DNA of 64,000 nucleotides from NCBI GenBank assembly GCA_965116495.1, contig OZ220696.1, positions 4,128,001 through 4,192,000 of the forward strand, read 5' to 3'. The notes under the pieces are model-generated. The model did no database searches, was not told the origin of the DNA, and was given only the letters and a program-made list of their open reading frames with translations. The DNA comes from Gammaproteobacteria bacterium. Its GTDB lineage: Bacteria > Pseudomonadota > Gammaproteobacteria > Eutrophobiales > Eutrophobiaceae. The position numbers were made by a program, and so were the translations under genes. This document shows positions 39,026 to 49,207 of this stretch, piece by piece (the stretch's first letter is position 1; every line of letters begins with the position of its first letter).

Positions 39026-42000
39026 TCACATCGCCAACAGGCTGGCGTTCCCGCCGATGGCCGCGCGGTTGACGCTACAGGTCTGTTCCGTGGTAAAACG
39101 TAACAGGTAGTGGGGGCCGCCGGCCTTTGGCCCCGTCCCCGACAAACCGCAACCGCCGAAAGGTTGCACGCCCACTACGGCGCCGACCATGTTCCGGTTT
39201 ACATACACGTTGCCGACGCGGATACGCTCGCGGATATATTGTGCCCGCTGTTCGATACGGCTCTGTATGCCCAGTGTCAGGCCGTAACCCAGCCCGTTTA
39301 TCCGCTCCAGGAGCGCATCCAGTGTTCCGGCGTCGTAGCGCAGCACGTGTAATACCGGTCCGAATACCTCCTCTTTCAGATCGGACAGCGACTCGATTTC
39401 GATGATCGCCGGGGATACGAAATAACCTTGTACATCGGTGCCGGGTCCGCGGTATAACAGCCTGCCGTTTGCCCGTGCGCTGCTTATGTAATCTTCGAGC
39501 CGGGTCTGCGCCGCCAGGTCGATGACAGGTCCCACATCCGTATCCAGGCGGGCAGGGTCCCCGACGACCCATTCATCCATGTGTTCTACCAGGAGTCCCA
39601 GCACCCGCTCTGCAATCTCGGTTTGCAGGCACAGCACGCGCAGTGCGGAACAGCGCTGGCCGGCGCTGTTGAAAGCGGATTGCACTGCGTCCTGAACAAC
39701 CTGTTCCGGCAGTGCCGAACTGTCCACCAGCATGGCGTTGATGCCTCCGGTCTCGGCGATCAGGCTTGCCAGGGGGCCGTTCCGTGCAGCCAGGTCAAGA
39801 TTGATGCGCCGCGCGGTCTCCGTTGAACCGGTAAATGCCACGCCGGCGACCCTGGGATCGTAAAGCAGGGCATTGCCCAGTTCAGGGCCTGAGCCGGGGA
39901 GGAATGCCAGTACCTCTTTGGGGATGCCCGCTTCGTACAGCAACCCCGTGAGCCGGCAAGCAACGAGGGATGCCTGCTCCGCGGGTTTGGCTATGACCGT
40001 ATTACCTGCCGCCAGTGCCGCCGCTACCTGGCCGGTGTAAATGGCGACGGGAAAGTTCCACGGGCTGATACAGACAAACACGCCGCGGCCGCAAAGCCGC
40101 AGTGCGTTGCTCTCTCCAACGGGTCCGGGCAGATCAAGGTCCGCGGCCATCAGCCTGCGACAGCAACCGGCGTAGTAGCGCAGGAAGTCCACGGCTTCGC
40201 GCACGTCATCGTGGGTATCCCGCAGACATTTGCCGGCTTCGAGCACGCACAGTGCCGCCAGGTCGGCCAGGTGTGCCTCGAAAATATCCGCGGCCTTCTC
40301 GAGTATCCCGGCCCGGTGCTCCGCAGTGGTACGGCGCCAGGAGGCAAATGCTTCTGCCGTAACGGCCACGGCCTGTGCCGCAATGCCGGGGGTGGCATCC
40401 CATACGCGTCCCACACGCTCACAGGTATCGGCAGGATTGACTACTGTCCTGGGTTTTCCGCCCAGGCGTTTACCGTTGACTACGGGGGCGGCTGTCCATT
40501 CCCGCGCACGGGTCCGGGAGACGCTTTCGAACAGTGGTAAAAGGTCCGCGTGGTCGGCGAAATTCAACCCGCGGGAGTTTCTCCGTTCCGGCCGGAACAG
40601 GTCCGGCGGTAACGGGATGCGGGGATGGCGCGTTACTTCGTTGTTACGCTCTGTTGCGGCCACGGGGTCCGCGACCAGTTCGGAAACGGAGATATCCCGG
40701 TCGGCAATGCGGTTGATGAATGACACGTTGGCGCCGTTTTCCAGCAGACGGCGCACGAGATAGGGCAGCAGGTCTTCGTGCGCGCCCACCGGTGCGTACA
40801 CACGGCAGGGAATATTGAGGCCTTGCGCATCGGTAACAGAGTCGTACAGTTCCTTACCCATGCCGTATAACCGCTGGAATTCAAATTCCCGGTCCTCGGC
40901 GTGATGATGGATGTAACTGACCGTATGGGCATTGTGGGTCGCAAACTGCGGGTAAATGTACGGACAATCCGCAAGCAGGAAACGGGCACAAGCCAGGTAG
41001 GAGACGTCGGTGTTGCGTTTCAGGGTAAACACCGGGTAGTCCGCCAGTCCCTGCTCCTGGGCCCGTTTGATCTCCATGTCCCAATAGGCGCCCTTGACCA
41101 GGCGCACGGGGATGACGCGCCTGTGTTCACAGGCAAGCCGGTTGAGACTCTCCAGCAGGGGCAGCGCGCGTTTCTGGTAAGCCTGTACCGCCAGTCCCAG
41201 CCCTGCCCAGCCGCGCACGCCGGGATGACGATATAGCCGGTCGAACACCTGGAGACTGATCTCAAGCCGCTCAGCCTCCTCCGCATCGATAGTCAGGGCA
41301 ATCCCTGCGCTGCGGGCGGCTTTCCCGAGGTGCAGCATCCGGTCCGTCAGTTCGGAAACCGCGCGGGCGGACTGGCCGGGTTCAAACCGGGGGCACAGGG
41401 AGGAAAGTTTGACGGAGATTCCCGGGCGTTCCTGAACCTGCATCCCGGCGTCAACGACACCGCCAAGCGCCTTGATGGCCTGCGTATAAGCCTGCTCATA
41501 ACGGTCCGTAGCAGCCCTGGTCAGGGCCGCCTCGCCCAGCATGTCGTAGGAAAAACGATAATGCCGCAGGCCGTCCGTCTCACTGCGGCGCAACGCCTCG
41601 TCAATAGTGCGCCCCGTGACGAATTCATCCGCCAAGATTTTCATGGCCGCTTTCAGCGCCGCGCGCAGCACCGGCTGTTCGAGCCGGCTGAGCAGTTTGC
41701 GCAGCAGGTCCAGCGGTGCCGGTGCATCGCCCTGTCCGGTATAAAGGAGCTTTCCCGTCAGCATCAGCCCCCAGGTAGACGCGTTCACGAACAGGGAATC
41801 ATCCTGTCCCAGGTGCTGTTCCCAATCGGCGGATTTCAGCTTGTCGGCAATCAAGGCGTCCGTAGTGCCAGCATCGGGAACGCGCAACAACGCCTCGGCC
41901 AGGCACATCAGGACGACGCCCTCGTGAGAGGAGAGGTCGTAATGGTTTAACAATGCGTGCAGTCCCGTTGCTTGTTGCTGTCGTGTGCGTACTGTTTGCG

Positions 42001-42172
42001 CCAGGGACCTTGCGGTACTCTCAATCTTTCGCTTCAGCCCGGGCTCCGAACGGGCCAGCGGCAGCAGGCGCGCCATGATGCTACCCTCATCTGCGAGGTA
42101 GTCCCTGTTAAGTTCTGCCGTATTGATCCCGGCTTCCTGTCCTGGTGGACAGATTTTCGCAAATTGGCCCAT
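39026..42172 (-). CDS. putA: Bifunctional proline dehydrogenase / P5C dehydrogenase
   Basis: SYDMLGEAA, IDAEE, RLVKGAYW, FATHN, YLVRRLLENGAN, ETGG, SAGQRCSA. The start at 42172 is preferred because the ORF extension to 42223 is repeat-derived. Confidence 0.96.
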   Translation of the reverse strand: MGQFAKICPPGQEAGINTAELNRDYLADEGSIMARLLPLARSEPGLKRKIESTARSLAQTVRTRQQQATGLHALLNHYDLSSHEGVVLMCLAEALLRVPDAGTTDALIADKLKSADWEQHLGQDDSLFVNASTWGLMLTGKLLYTGQGDAPAPLDLLRKLLSRLEQPVLRAALKAAMKILADEFVTGRTIDEALRRSETDGLRHYRFSYDMLGEAALTRAATDRYEQAYTQAIKALGGVVDAGMQVQERPGISVKLSSLCPRFEPGQSARAVSELTDRMLHLGKAARSAGIALTIDAEEAERLEISLQVFDRLYRHPGVRGWAGLGLAVQAYQKRALPLLESLNRLACEHRRVIPVRLVKGAYWDMEIKRAQEQGLADYPVFTLKRNTDVSYLACARFLLADCPYIYPQFATHNAHTVSYIHHHAEDREFEFQRLYGMGKELYDSVTDAQGLNIPCRVYAPVGAHEDLLPYLVRRLLENGANVSFINRIADRDISVSELVADPVAATERNNEVTRHPRIPLPPDLFRPERRNSRGLNFADHADLLPLFESVSRTRAREWTAAPVVNGKRLGGKPRTVVNPADTCERVGRVWDATPGIAAQAVAVTAEAFASWRRTTAEHRAGILEKAADIFEAHLADLAALCVLEAGKCLRDTHDDVREAVDFLRYYAGCCRRLMAADLDLPGPVGESNALRLCGRGVFVCISPWNFPVAIYTGQVAAALAAGNTVIAKPAEQASLVACRLTGLLYEAGIPKEVLAFLPGSGPELGNALLYDPRVAGVAFTGSTETARRINLDLAARNGPLASLIAETGGINAMLVDSSALPEQVVQDAVQSAFNSAGQRCSALRVLCLQTEIAERVLGLLVEHMDEWVVGDPARLDTDVGPVIDLAAQTRLEDYISSARANGRLLYRGPGTDVQGYFVSPAIIEIESLSDLKEEVFGPVLHVLRYDAGTLDALLERINGLGYGLTLGIQSRIEQRAQYIRERIRVGNVYVNRNMVGAVVGVQPFGGCGLSGTGPKAGGPHYLLRFTTEQTCSVNRAAIGGNASLLAM

Positions 42173-42179
42173 CAACCCT

Positions 42180-42208
42180 CCGTCGTTCCTGCGCAAGCAG
42201 GAATCCAG
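42180..42208. repeat. Single REP-like palindrome just upstream of putA
   Basis: CCGTCGTTCCTGCGCAAGCAGGAATCCAG. Confidence 0.8.
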
Positions 42209-42342
42209 AAAACATAATCTCATTCATGATGTAATATTTCGTATTCTAGAACATATATTTCATATTAAATTTTTATAATTTCATTTATGCAATATTATAT
42301 TTTGTTATAATAAGATTATTTAAAATAATAATTCTCTCTCCA

Positions 42343-42813
42343 ATGAAAGATCAACCCGACCGCATAGACCTGAGAATTCTCGACGTCCTGCAGGGGAACG
42401 GCAGAATTTCAAACATTGACCTGTCCAGAAAAGTGAACCTCAGTCCCGCCCCCTGCCTGGCGCGCGTGCGGAGGTTGGAAAAATCCGGGTACATCAGCGG
42501 TTACAAGGCGGTACTCAATCCCGAAAAACTGGGCCTCTCCTTGCTGGCCTACGTAGAGATTACCCTGGACCGGACCACCCCCGACGTCTTCGAAAAATTC
42601 AAGCAGGCAGTTCGGGACGTGCCGGAGATTGAAGAATGCCACATGGTGGCGGGCGGCTTCGATTACCTGATCAAGGTACGCAGCCCGGACATGGATACCT
42701 ACCGGAAAATCCTGGGAGACAGGATTGCAACAATTCCAGGAGTATTACAGACCCATACCTACGTCGTCATGGAGCAGGTAAAGCGATCCGGGAAGTTGAA
42801 CATCAGGACATAA
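42343..42813 (+). CDS. putR: Lrp/AsnC-family regulator, PutR-like
   Basis: Lrp HTH, ECHMVAGGFDY, THTYVVME. Divergent from putA across a very AT-rich spacer. Confidence 0.85.
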   Translation: MKDQPDRIDLRILDVLQGNGRISNIDLSRKVNLSPAPCLARVRRLEKSGYISGYKAVLNPEKLGLSLLAYVEITLDRTTPDVFEKFKQAVRDVPEIEECHMVAGGFDYLIKVRSPDMDTYRKILGDRIATIPGVLQTHTYVVMEQVKRSGKLNIRT

Positions 42814-42829
42814 AGGCGCAATAATACAC

Positions 42830-42936
42830 AGTATTGCCCGCGCCTCGGCCTCAGTACTATTTCCGTTCCTGGTGGCGCGTACGCGCAAGGCGCGATGAAC
42901 ATCGTCCGGTAGATTGCGTATCGTCAGACTTGCCAT
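42830..42936 (-). pseudogene. Truncated FitA/Arc-like ribbon-helix-helix antitoxin remnant
   Basis: MASLTIRNLPDDVHRALRVRA...STEAEARAIL, after which similarity is lost. No toxin gene follows. Confidence 0.7.
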
Positions 42937-43034
42937 AATCATCACCAGAGGTCGCGGGCAGATGTCCGGTTTAATATGGATTTACAGGATAAATATTACT
43001 AATCCTGTTTATCCTGTCCATCCATGTGAAGCAA

Positions 43035-44804
43035 TCAGAACTGTTCCTCATCCAGCGCCATGATCGTTCCGCTGCCTGCCCGGATGGACGAGAAATGCCC
43101 GCTGCTCCGGGGCAGGTAGTGCTCGGCGTAGAACCTGGCCGTTATGATCTTGCTCCGGTAAAAGTCATCATCTGAGGTGGTGGACCTTGCCGAGGCAACC
43201 AGCGCCGCCCGGGCCATTTGCCAGCCACCGCAGACGTAACCCATCAGCATGAGAAAATTGATGGCGACGGAACCGGGCGCGTTGTAATCACCCTGGTAGT
43301 TGTCCAGCAGCCAGCCTGTTGCCTGCTCCAGTTTTCCGGTCCCATCGTCCAGGGCGTGTTTTATGACTGTCTGGTTGACGTCGGCATCGGACAGTCCGGT
43401 TATGGTTTGCCTGATCTCGCCGATGAGGTCCCCGATGGCCTTGCCGTTGTCTTTGATAACCTTGCGCCCGACCAGGTCCTGGGCCTGGATACCGTTGGTC
43501 CCTTCATAAATGCTGGTAATGCGGGCATCCCGGTAATGCTGGGCAGCGCCGGTTTCCTCGATATAACCCATGCCGCCATGCACCTGTACCCCCAGGGAGG
43601 TGATTTCCTGGGCCAGTTCGGTGGACCAGGCCTTGACTACCGGCGTCAGCAGGGCAAACCTTTCACCGTGATTACCGCCGTCCGGAGAATGGTTCATGTG
43701 GTCCAGCGTGGCCGCGCTGATGTAGGCGAGCGCGCGCATCGCCTCGCAACCGGATTTCATCAGCATCAGCATACGCCGCACATCCGCATGCTCTATGATC
43801 CTGGCGCGCCCGGGTTGTCCCGGGATCTTGCCCTGTTCGCGCTCTTTCGCGTAGCTCAGCGCCTGCTGGTAGGCGCGCTCGCTGATACTGAGTCCCTGTA
43901 TGCCGACTGACAGGCGGGCGTGGTTCATCATGGTGAACATGCAGGCTATGCCGTTATGCTTTGCGCCCACCAGGTAACCGTGCGCGCCGCCGTTATCGCC
44001 ATAACTCATGACGCAGGTCGGACTGCTGTGGATGCCCAGTTTATGCTCGATGGATACCGGGTAGACGTCGTTGCGGCGGCCGGTGGAACCGTCCGCGTTG
44101 ACCAGGTACTTGGGTACCAGGAACAGGCTGATGCCCCTGATGCCCGGCGGCGCGTCAGGCAGACGGGCCAGGACCAGGTGGAGGATATTGTCCGTCAAGT
44201 CATGGTCTCCCCACGTGATGAATATTTTCCGGCCGGACAGCAGGTAGGTGTCGCCGTTGGGTACGGCCCGGGTCTTTATCGCTGCCAGGTCGGAACCGGC
44301 CTGGGGTTCAGTCAGGTTCATGGTCCCGGCCCATTCACCCGAAACCAGCTTCGGCAGAAATATGGCCTTCATGTCGTGAGAGCCGTGTATGCCCAGGGCA
44401 ACCGCGCAGCCTTCCGTCAGCATGGGGCACAGGGCAAATGCCATGTTGGCGGACTGCCAGATTTCATTGGTCGCGGCTGCGACGAGTTCCGGCAGCCCCT
44501 GGCCGCCGTATTTGGGTTCGAACGGCAGTGACGCCCAGCCGCCTTCCACAAATGCCTGGTAGGCGTCATTAAATCCTTCGGGAGGGATAACCCTGTCATC
44601 TGTAAAGCCCGCGCCGGCCGTGTCTCCCGGCTGGTTAAGCGGCGCAAGTACTTCAGCGGCAAATCTTCCCGCTTCGTCAAGTACCGCATCAACTATCTCT
44701 GCCGTGGCTTCTTCGAGCCCGGGCAGTTGATTGACGTCTGACAGCCCTGCCAGTTCATTCAGTACAAAGCGCATGTCGCGCGTGGGGGCGGAGTAATTAC
44801 TCAT
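43035..44804 (-). CDS. Acyl-CoA dehydrogenase (DmdC-like subfamily)
   Basis: GTMNLTEPQAGSDL, EHKLGIH, MFTMMNHARL, QVHGGMGY, IYEGTNGIQA. Confidence 0.93.
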   Translation of the reverse strand: MSNYSAPTRDMRFVLNELAGLSDVNQLPGLEEATAEIVDAVLDEAGRFAAEVLAPLNQPGDTAGAGFTDDRVIPPEGFNDAYQAFVEGGWASLPFEPKYGGQGLPELVAAATNEIWQSANMAFALCPMLTEGCAVALGIHGSHDMKAIFLPKLVSGEWAGTMNLTEPQAGSDLAAIKTRAVPNGDTYLLSGRKIFITWGDHDLTDNILHLVLARLPDAPPGIRGISLFLVPKYLVNADGSTGRRNDVYPVSIEHKLGIHSSPTCVMSYGDNGGAHGYLVGAKHNGIACMFTMMNHARLSVGIQGLSISERAYQQALSYAKEREQGKIPGQPGRARIIEHADVRRMLMLMKSGCEAMRALAYISAATLDHMNHSPDGGNHGERFALLTPVVKAWSTELAQEITSLGVQVHGGMGYIEETGAAQHYRDARITSIYEGTNGIQAQDLVGRKVIKDNGKAIGDLIGEIRQTITGLSDADVNQTVIKHALDDGTGKLEQATGWLLDNYQGDYNAPGSVAINFLMLMGYVCGGWQMARAALVASARSTTSDDDFYRSKIITARFYAEHYLPRSSGHFSSIRAGSGTIMALDEEQF

Positions 44805-44907
44805 TTCTATCGTGTCGTGCTGGCGGAAGCCAGCATCCAGTTAATTTTACCTTTTATACCATTGTTCCTCGATACCGGCTTGAGCCGGTATGACGTTATT
44901 TGACAAA

Positions 44908-45825
44908 TCAGCAATACAGACGGGCGCCGTATCTTTCCTTGAACTGGTCACAGTCCTGGATGAGAGTATGCGTGGTTCTGGGCATCGGGACCCGGTAATT
45001 GGTCAGGTCCTCAATCAGTGTGCCGCAACGGTGGAAGATATCTATCCCGCGTTTCCCCAGTGCATGTTCGCGCCGGGTGGCGTCCTCGCCAAAAGCAGGC
45101 TGACAGTCGGCAACCTGTTCCGCTGCACTGACGAAACGCGGCCAGATCTCAATGATGGCCGGATCGCTACGAAGTGTTTCCATGGTACTCTTGGCGCTGA
45201 CAGCCAGTTCCTCAATCAGTTGCACCAGGTTGCCGAACATCGCCGACGCCGCGAATACTTCATTCATTTTGCCGGTAAGCTCATCGATTTCCTGCATGGT
45301 GTGCGCAATCTTGATATAGCGGCTTTCCAGGAAACGTTCAACAGGTGTGGTGAAGGCCCTGAAAGGTTCTCCCCAGAGCTCTTCCAGCCCCTCCCGGCCG
45401 TGTTTGACGCGGATGTATTTCCCGTATTCAAGCGCGCCCATGAAACAAAGGCCGCATTCGCGCAGCAATTCGTTTTCCGGTTTGATGGTGACGCCAATCT
45501 GTTCCAGTTCGACGACGCGAGTCAGGATGTCGGCGCCGCGGTTCAACAGGGCGCCGGCCAGCATGGCAGCCAGCACGCGTTTTCTGGATGAGTTTTCTTC
45601 CTGCTCATACCTGTGCCGCACCTCTTCAAGTTTATTGCCGGGGGTATTGATTCCGGGTTCTACGTGGTGAAAGACCCGGCGGGTCAACTGGTCGATGAGG
45701 GATTTTTTATAAGCAAGATTGTTCGGTACGTCGTAGTAGCGGATCCAGTAACCGTCGAAGTAGATACGTTCCTGTCCGTCTATTTGCCTGATTGTGCCGT
45801 TAGCGACTTCCTGGAGCATACTCAC
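44908..45825 (-). CDS. Hypothetical protein, probably co-transcribed with shc
   Basis: 305-aa ORF with host-like composition, 46 bp downstream of shc. No recognisable motif. Confidence 0.75.
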   Translation of the reverse strand: MSMLQEVANGTIRQIDGQERIYFDGYWIRYYDVPNNLAYKKSLIDQLTRRVFHHVEPGINTPGNKLEEVRHRYEQEENSSRKRVLAAMLAGALLNRGADILTRVVELEQIGVTIKPENELLRECGLCFMGALEYGKYIRVKHGREGLEELWGEPFRAFTTPVERFLESRYIKIAHTMQEIDELTGKMNEVFAASAMFGNLVQLIEELAVSAKSTMETLRSDPAIIEIWPRFVSAAEQVADCQPAFGEDATRREHALGKRGIDIFHRCGTLIEDLTNYRVPMPRTTHTLIQDCDQFKERYGARLYC

Positions 45826-45871
45826 CCACTAGTTCACCTGTCATCTACTGAGGGTCTGGCGTTGCCTGTAG

Positions 45872-47944
45872 TCAATTGAATCTCGATTGGTAGTGTTCAT
45901 TGTTCAGCGCGGGCAATACGCCCAGGTCGACGGGCCCTTCCCGGACCAGAGTATCCTGGCGGGTTTCCAGCCCTTGCCGGTAACGGGTGTAGACCCCCAG
46001 CGCCCAGACCGGGAAATAGTGGCTGTAACCATGGTAGCGCAGGTAGAACACCCGGGGGAAGCCGGTGCCGGTGAACGCTGTTTCCTTCCAGCCCTTTGCA
46101 CCGTCAAAATTACGCACCAGGTAATTAATGCCTTTTTCCACTTCTTCAGAGTCTGTTTCACCCATTGCCATCAGGCCCAGCAATGCCCATGCGGTTTGTG
46201 AAGCGGTGCTGTCTCCAGACCCACCCAGGTCCGGTTCACTGTATGAGTCACAGCTTTCACCCCAGCCGCCGTCCCTGTTCTGGATGTCTTTCAACCATTT
46301 TACTGCTTTGCGCAGGTAGGGCTGATTCGGATCCTCACCAAGGGCGCCCAGACCGACCAGTACGGCCCAGGTTCCGTAGATATAATTCACGCCCCAGCGG
46401 CCGAACCAGGCGCCGCAGGGTTCCTGGTCCTGCTGCAGGAATTCAACCGCGCGGGCAATGGGGGGGAAACTCTTGTCATAGCCGAGCATGGCCAGCATTT
46501 CAATACAACGCCCGGTCAGGTCGGCAGTGCTGGGGTCGACCAGCGCCCCGTGGTCGGCGAAGGGTATGTTGTTCAGGTATTCGTAATGGTTATCGATATC
46601 GAAAGCGCCCCAGCCGCCATCCGTATTCTGCATGCCGATTATCCAGTTGACCGCCTGGGCAATACGCTTTTTCTTGTCCGGATTATTATGCGCACCGACG
46701 CGCAATAAGGCCATCACCACCATACTGGTATCATCGACGTCAGGATAAAACTCGTTTTCAAACTGGAATGCCCAGCCGCCGCCTTCCAAGCCCGGTGCCT
46801 TGCTGATCCAGTCTCCCTGGACAAATACCTGTTTGTCGAACAGCCAGTCCGTAGCCGGTTTAATAGCCTTGTTGTCCGGTCTCAGGCCGGCTTCTGACAG
46901 GGCGGACAGGCTCAGGCAGGTATCCCAGATTGGTGACACGCAGGGTTGCACGTAAGTCCGGGTTTCTTCCTCGATTACCAGGTCTTCTATAGCCTGTATG
47001 CCGCGTTTCAGGTCCGGGTCGGTCGCATCATGGCCGAGCAGCCTGAGCGCATAGACCGCATTTGCCATGGCCGGAAAAATGGCGCCGATACCGCCCTCTC
47101 CGCGCATGTGATCGCGGGTCCAGGTTTCCAGCCTGCGGATGGAAAGACGCCTGATGAACCCGGGAACCAGCGGTTCCAGCAGCTTGAGCAGGCGGTCCGC
47201 CAGGATAAAACAGTTTTTGATGTGGTTCCCCGGAATAAATTTATCAATATGTTTCAAAGATTCCGGTTCCTGTATGAACAGTTCCCTGATGCTTGCGCCC
47301 TTATGTACCGGCCGGTGAGAGAAGATTAATAACAGAGGTACAATGACGCAACGCGACCAGTAGGAAACCTTGCTCAGGCTGAAAAACCACCAGTGCGGCA
47401 GCCAGGCGATCTCCGCCGGCATGGCCGGCACGGTGCTCCAGGGTACCTGGCCGAATATCGCGAGCAGGATTCGGGTAAACACGTTGACCGATTCAGCGCC
47501 CCCGTTATTCCGTACCCAAGTACAAGCCCGTTGCATCAGTTCTGCCGCAGGATCATGGCCGGCCGTTTTCAGGGCAAAATAGGCTTTCACGGTGGCGCTG
47601 ATATTGCCGGCGCCGCCTTCGTACAGGGGCCAGCTTCCGTCGGGCAATTGCAGGCTGATTATATAATCGGCCAGGCGTTGCTCGCGCGCCGCATCAACCG
47701 TGCCCAGCAGGTGTTGCAACAGGATATATTCGGACGGGATCGTCGTATCCGCTTCGAGGTCAAAACGCCAGTAACCGGCGTGGTACTGGCGATCCAGTAG
47801 AGCCGTGCCTGATTGCAGGAGCGTTTTGGCCAGGGGATCGGTCTGTGGAACCGGAACATTTGTCTCTTCCCGTCGCAGGAACCGGGCTGACAGTAATTCG
47901 CCAAATACCGTGTTTGTTATTGTTGCCGTACTTTGTTCAGACAT
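45872..47944 (-). CDS. shc: Squalene-hopene cyclase
   Basis: DVDDT (DxDD) catalytic motif, QW repeats, SYWSR, GTGFPRVFYLRYHGY. Confidence 0.96.
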   Translation of the reverse strand: MSEQSTATITNTVFGELLSARFLRREETNVPVPQTDPLAKTLLQSGTALLDRQYHAGYWRFDLEADTTIPSEYILLQHLLGTVDAAREQRLADYIISLQLPDGSWPLYEGGAGNISATVKAYFALKTAGHDPAAELMQRACTWVRNNGGAESVNVFTRILLAIFGQVPWSTVPAMPAEIAWLPHWWFFSLSKVSYWSRCVIVPLLLIFSHRPVHKGASIRELFIQEPESLKHIDKFIPGNHIKNCFILADRLLKLLEPLVPGFIRRLSIRRLETWTRDHMRGEGGIGAIFPAMANAVYALRLLGHDATDPDLKRGIQAIEDLVIEEETRTYVQPCVSPIWDTCLSLSALSEAGLRPDNKAIKPATDWLFDKQVFVQGDWISKAPGLEGGGWAFQFENEFYPDVDDTSMVVMALLRVGAHNNPDKKKRIAQAVNWIIGMQNTDGGWGAFDIDNHYEYLNNIPFADHGALVDPSTADLTGRCIEMLAMLGYDKSFPPIARAVEFLQQDQEPCGAWFGRWGVNYIYGTWAVLVGLGALGEDPNQPYLRKAVKWLKDIQNRDGGWGESCDSYSEPDLGGSGDSTASQTAWALLGLMAMGETDSEEVEKGINYLVRNFDGAKGWKETAFTGTGFPRVFYLRYHGYSHYFPVWALGVYTRYRQGLETRQDTLVREGPVDLGVLPALNNEHYQSRFN

Positions 47945-48045
47945 CGTTCCTGTACCACGAGGGACCTAAACGATTCATTCTAATCTCTCTTGTTAAATGT
48001 GCAAGTAATTTTTGTGAAATGACCGGTAGGAAGCCAAGCTCATTT

Positions 48046-48110
48046 ACCATTCCCGCGCAAGCGGGAATCCAGTGGATTTGCGAATGGATTCCTGCTTCCG
48101 CAGGAATGGG
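48046..48110. repeat. REPIN-like doublet
   Basis: CCATTCCCGCGCAAGCGGGAATCCA ... TGGATTCCTGCTTCCGCAGGAATGG. Confidence 0.85.
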
Positions 48111-48226
48111 CGTATGCAATTTTCTGTTGTGCCTCCGGCATACTCCAGTGAAATGGCGGGCGCGGGTACAATCAACACGTTCCGGTTGTTTTCTGCGTTC
48201 CCGTTCATAACCGGGATTAATCCGGA

Positions 48227-49207
48227 TCAAAAATCCACAACCAGGGCCTCACCCGTTGCCTGTGCTTTTGCATGGATATGTTTGGCTGCGTACATATCCT
48301 GGGCGTTGACGCCGTGGGACTGGTACAGCGTGACCTGCCGGTCGTCCTGCCTGCCGGGAATTCCGCCTTGCAGCAACTCACCCAGTTCCCCGATGATATG
48401 GGTTTCATCGATAGCGCCTTCCTCAACGGGTATCATGATATCGCCTCCTTCATTGCGGGTGGATTCCATGAGGTCCACGTAGACTGAGGACTTGACAACC
48501 AGGTCAGTGTCGCTCTCCCGCGTGGCCAGGCTGTGGGCGCCGACCAGGTTGACGTGGGCGCCGGGTTTGACCCACTCGCCTGCCAATACGGGTTCGGGCG
48601 AGGTAGTGGTAGTACACACCAGGTCACAGGCGCCGGCTTCTGCCGGGTCGGCCGTTGCCCGCACCCTGATACCGGTGCGCTGTGCCTGTTCCCGGGCGAA
48701 AGCCTGCACCTTGTCCGGGCTGCGTCCCCACACGATAATCTCATCCACCGGCCGCACGGCGCGCATGGCGTCAATATGGGTGACCGCCTGTACACCGTTG
48801 CCGAAGATGCCGCAGGTGTGTGCGTCTGCGCGCGCCAGGAGCCGGGTCGCCAGGCCGGATGCAGCTGCGGTGCGGATTCCCGTCACCTCTGCGCCGTCAA
48901 TAATGGCCACAGGTGTGCCGCTGGTATGGTCGAACAGGGCGATAAAGCCCTGGATTGCGGGGAGTCCCCTGGCGGGATTGTCGGGAATCAGGTTGATCAC
49001 CTTGGCGCCGAACGCGGCGAGTTCGGTGGAGGAACCGGGCATCAGCACCAGCGTGCCGCTTTCATCGATGAGCGGAGCGACCAGCCGGGGGGGCATGGAT
49101 ATGGCGCCGGTGGTGGCGGCGATCATGGCGGGTTCCATGGCGTCTATGCATTCGTCCATGGGCAGCAGTTTACGCACGGCTGCGGCGTTGATGATGGTCA
49201 GTGGCAT
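48227..49207 (-). CDS. Ornithine cyclodeaminase / mu-crystallin family protein
   Basis: TGIRTAAAS, GNGVQA, GAHVNLVGA, IGELGE. Confidence 0.92.
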   Translation of the reverse strand: MPLTIINAAAVRKLLPMDECIDAMEPAMIAATTGAISMPPRLVAPLIDESGTLVLMPGSSTELAAFGAKVINLIPDNPARGLPAIQGFIALFDHTSGTPVAIIDGAEVTGIRTAAASGLATRLLARADAHTCGIFGNGVQAVTHIDAMRAVRPVDEIIVWGRSPDKVQAFAREQAQRTGIRVRATADPAEAGACDLVCTTTTSPEPVLAGEWVKPGAHVNLVGAHSLATRESDTDLVVKSSVYVDLMESTRNEGGDIMIPVEEGAIDETHIIGELGELLQGGIPGRQDDRQVTLYQSHGVNAQDMYAAKHIHAKAQATGEALVVDF

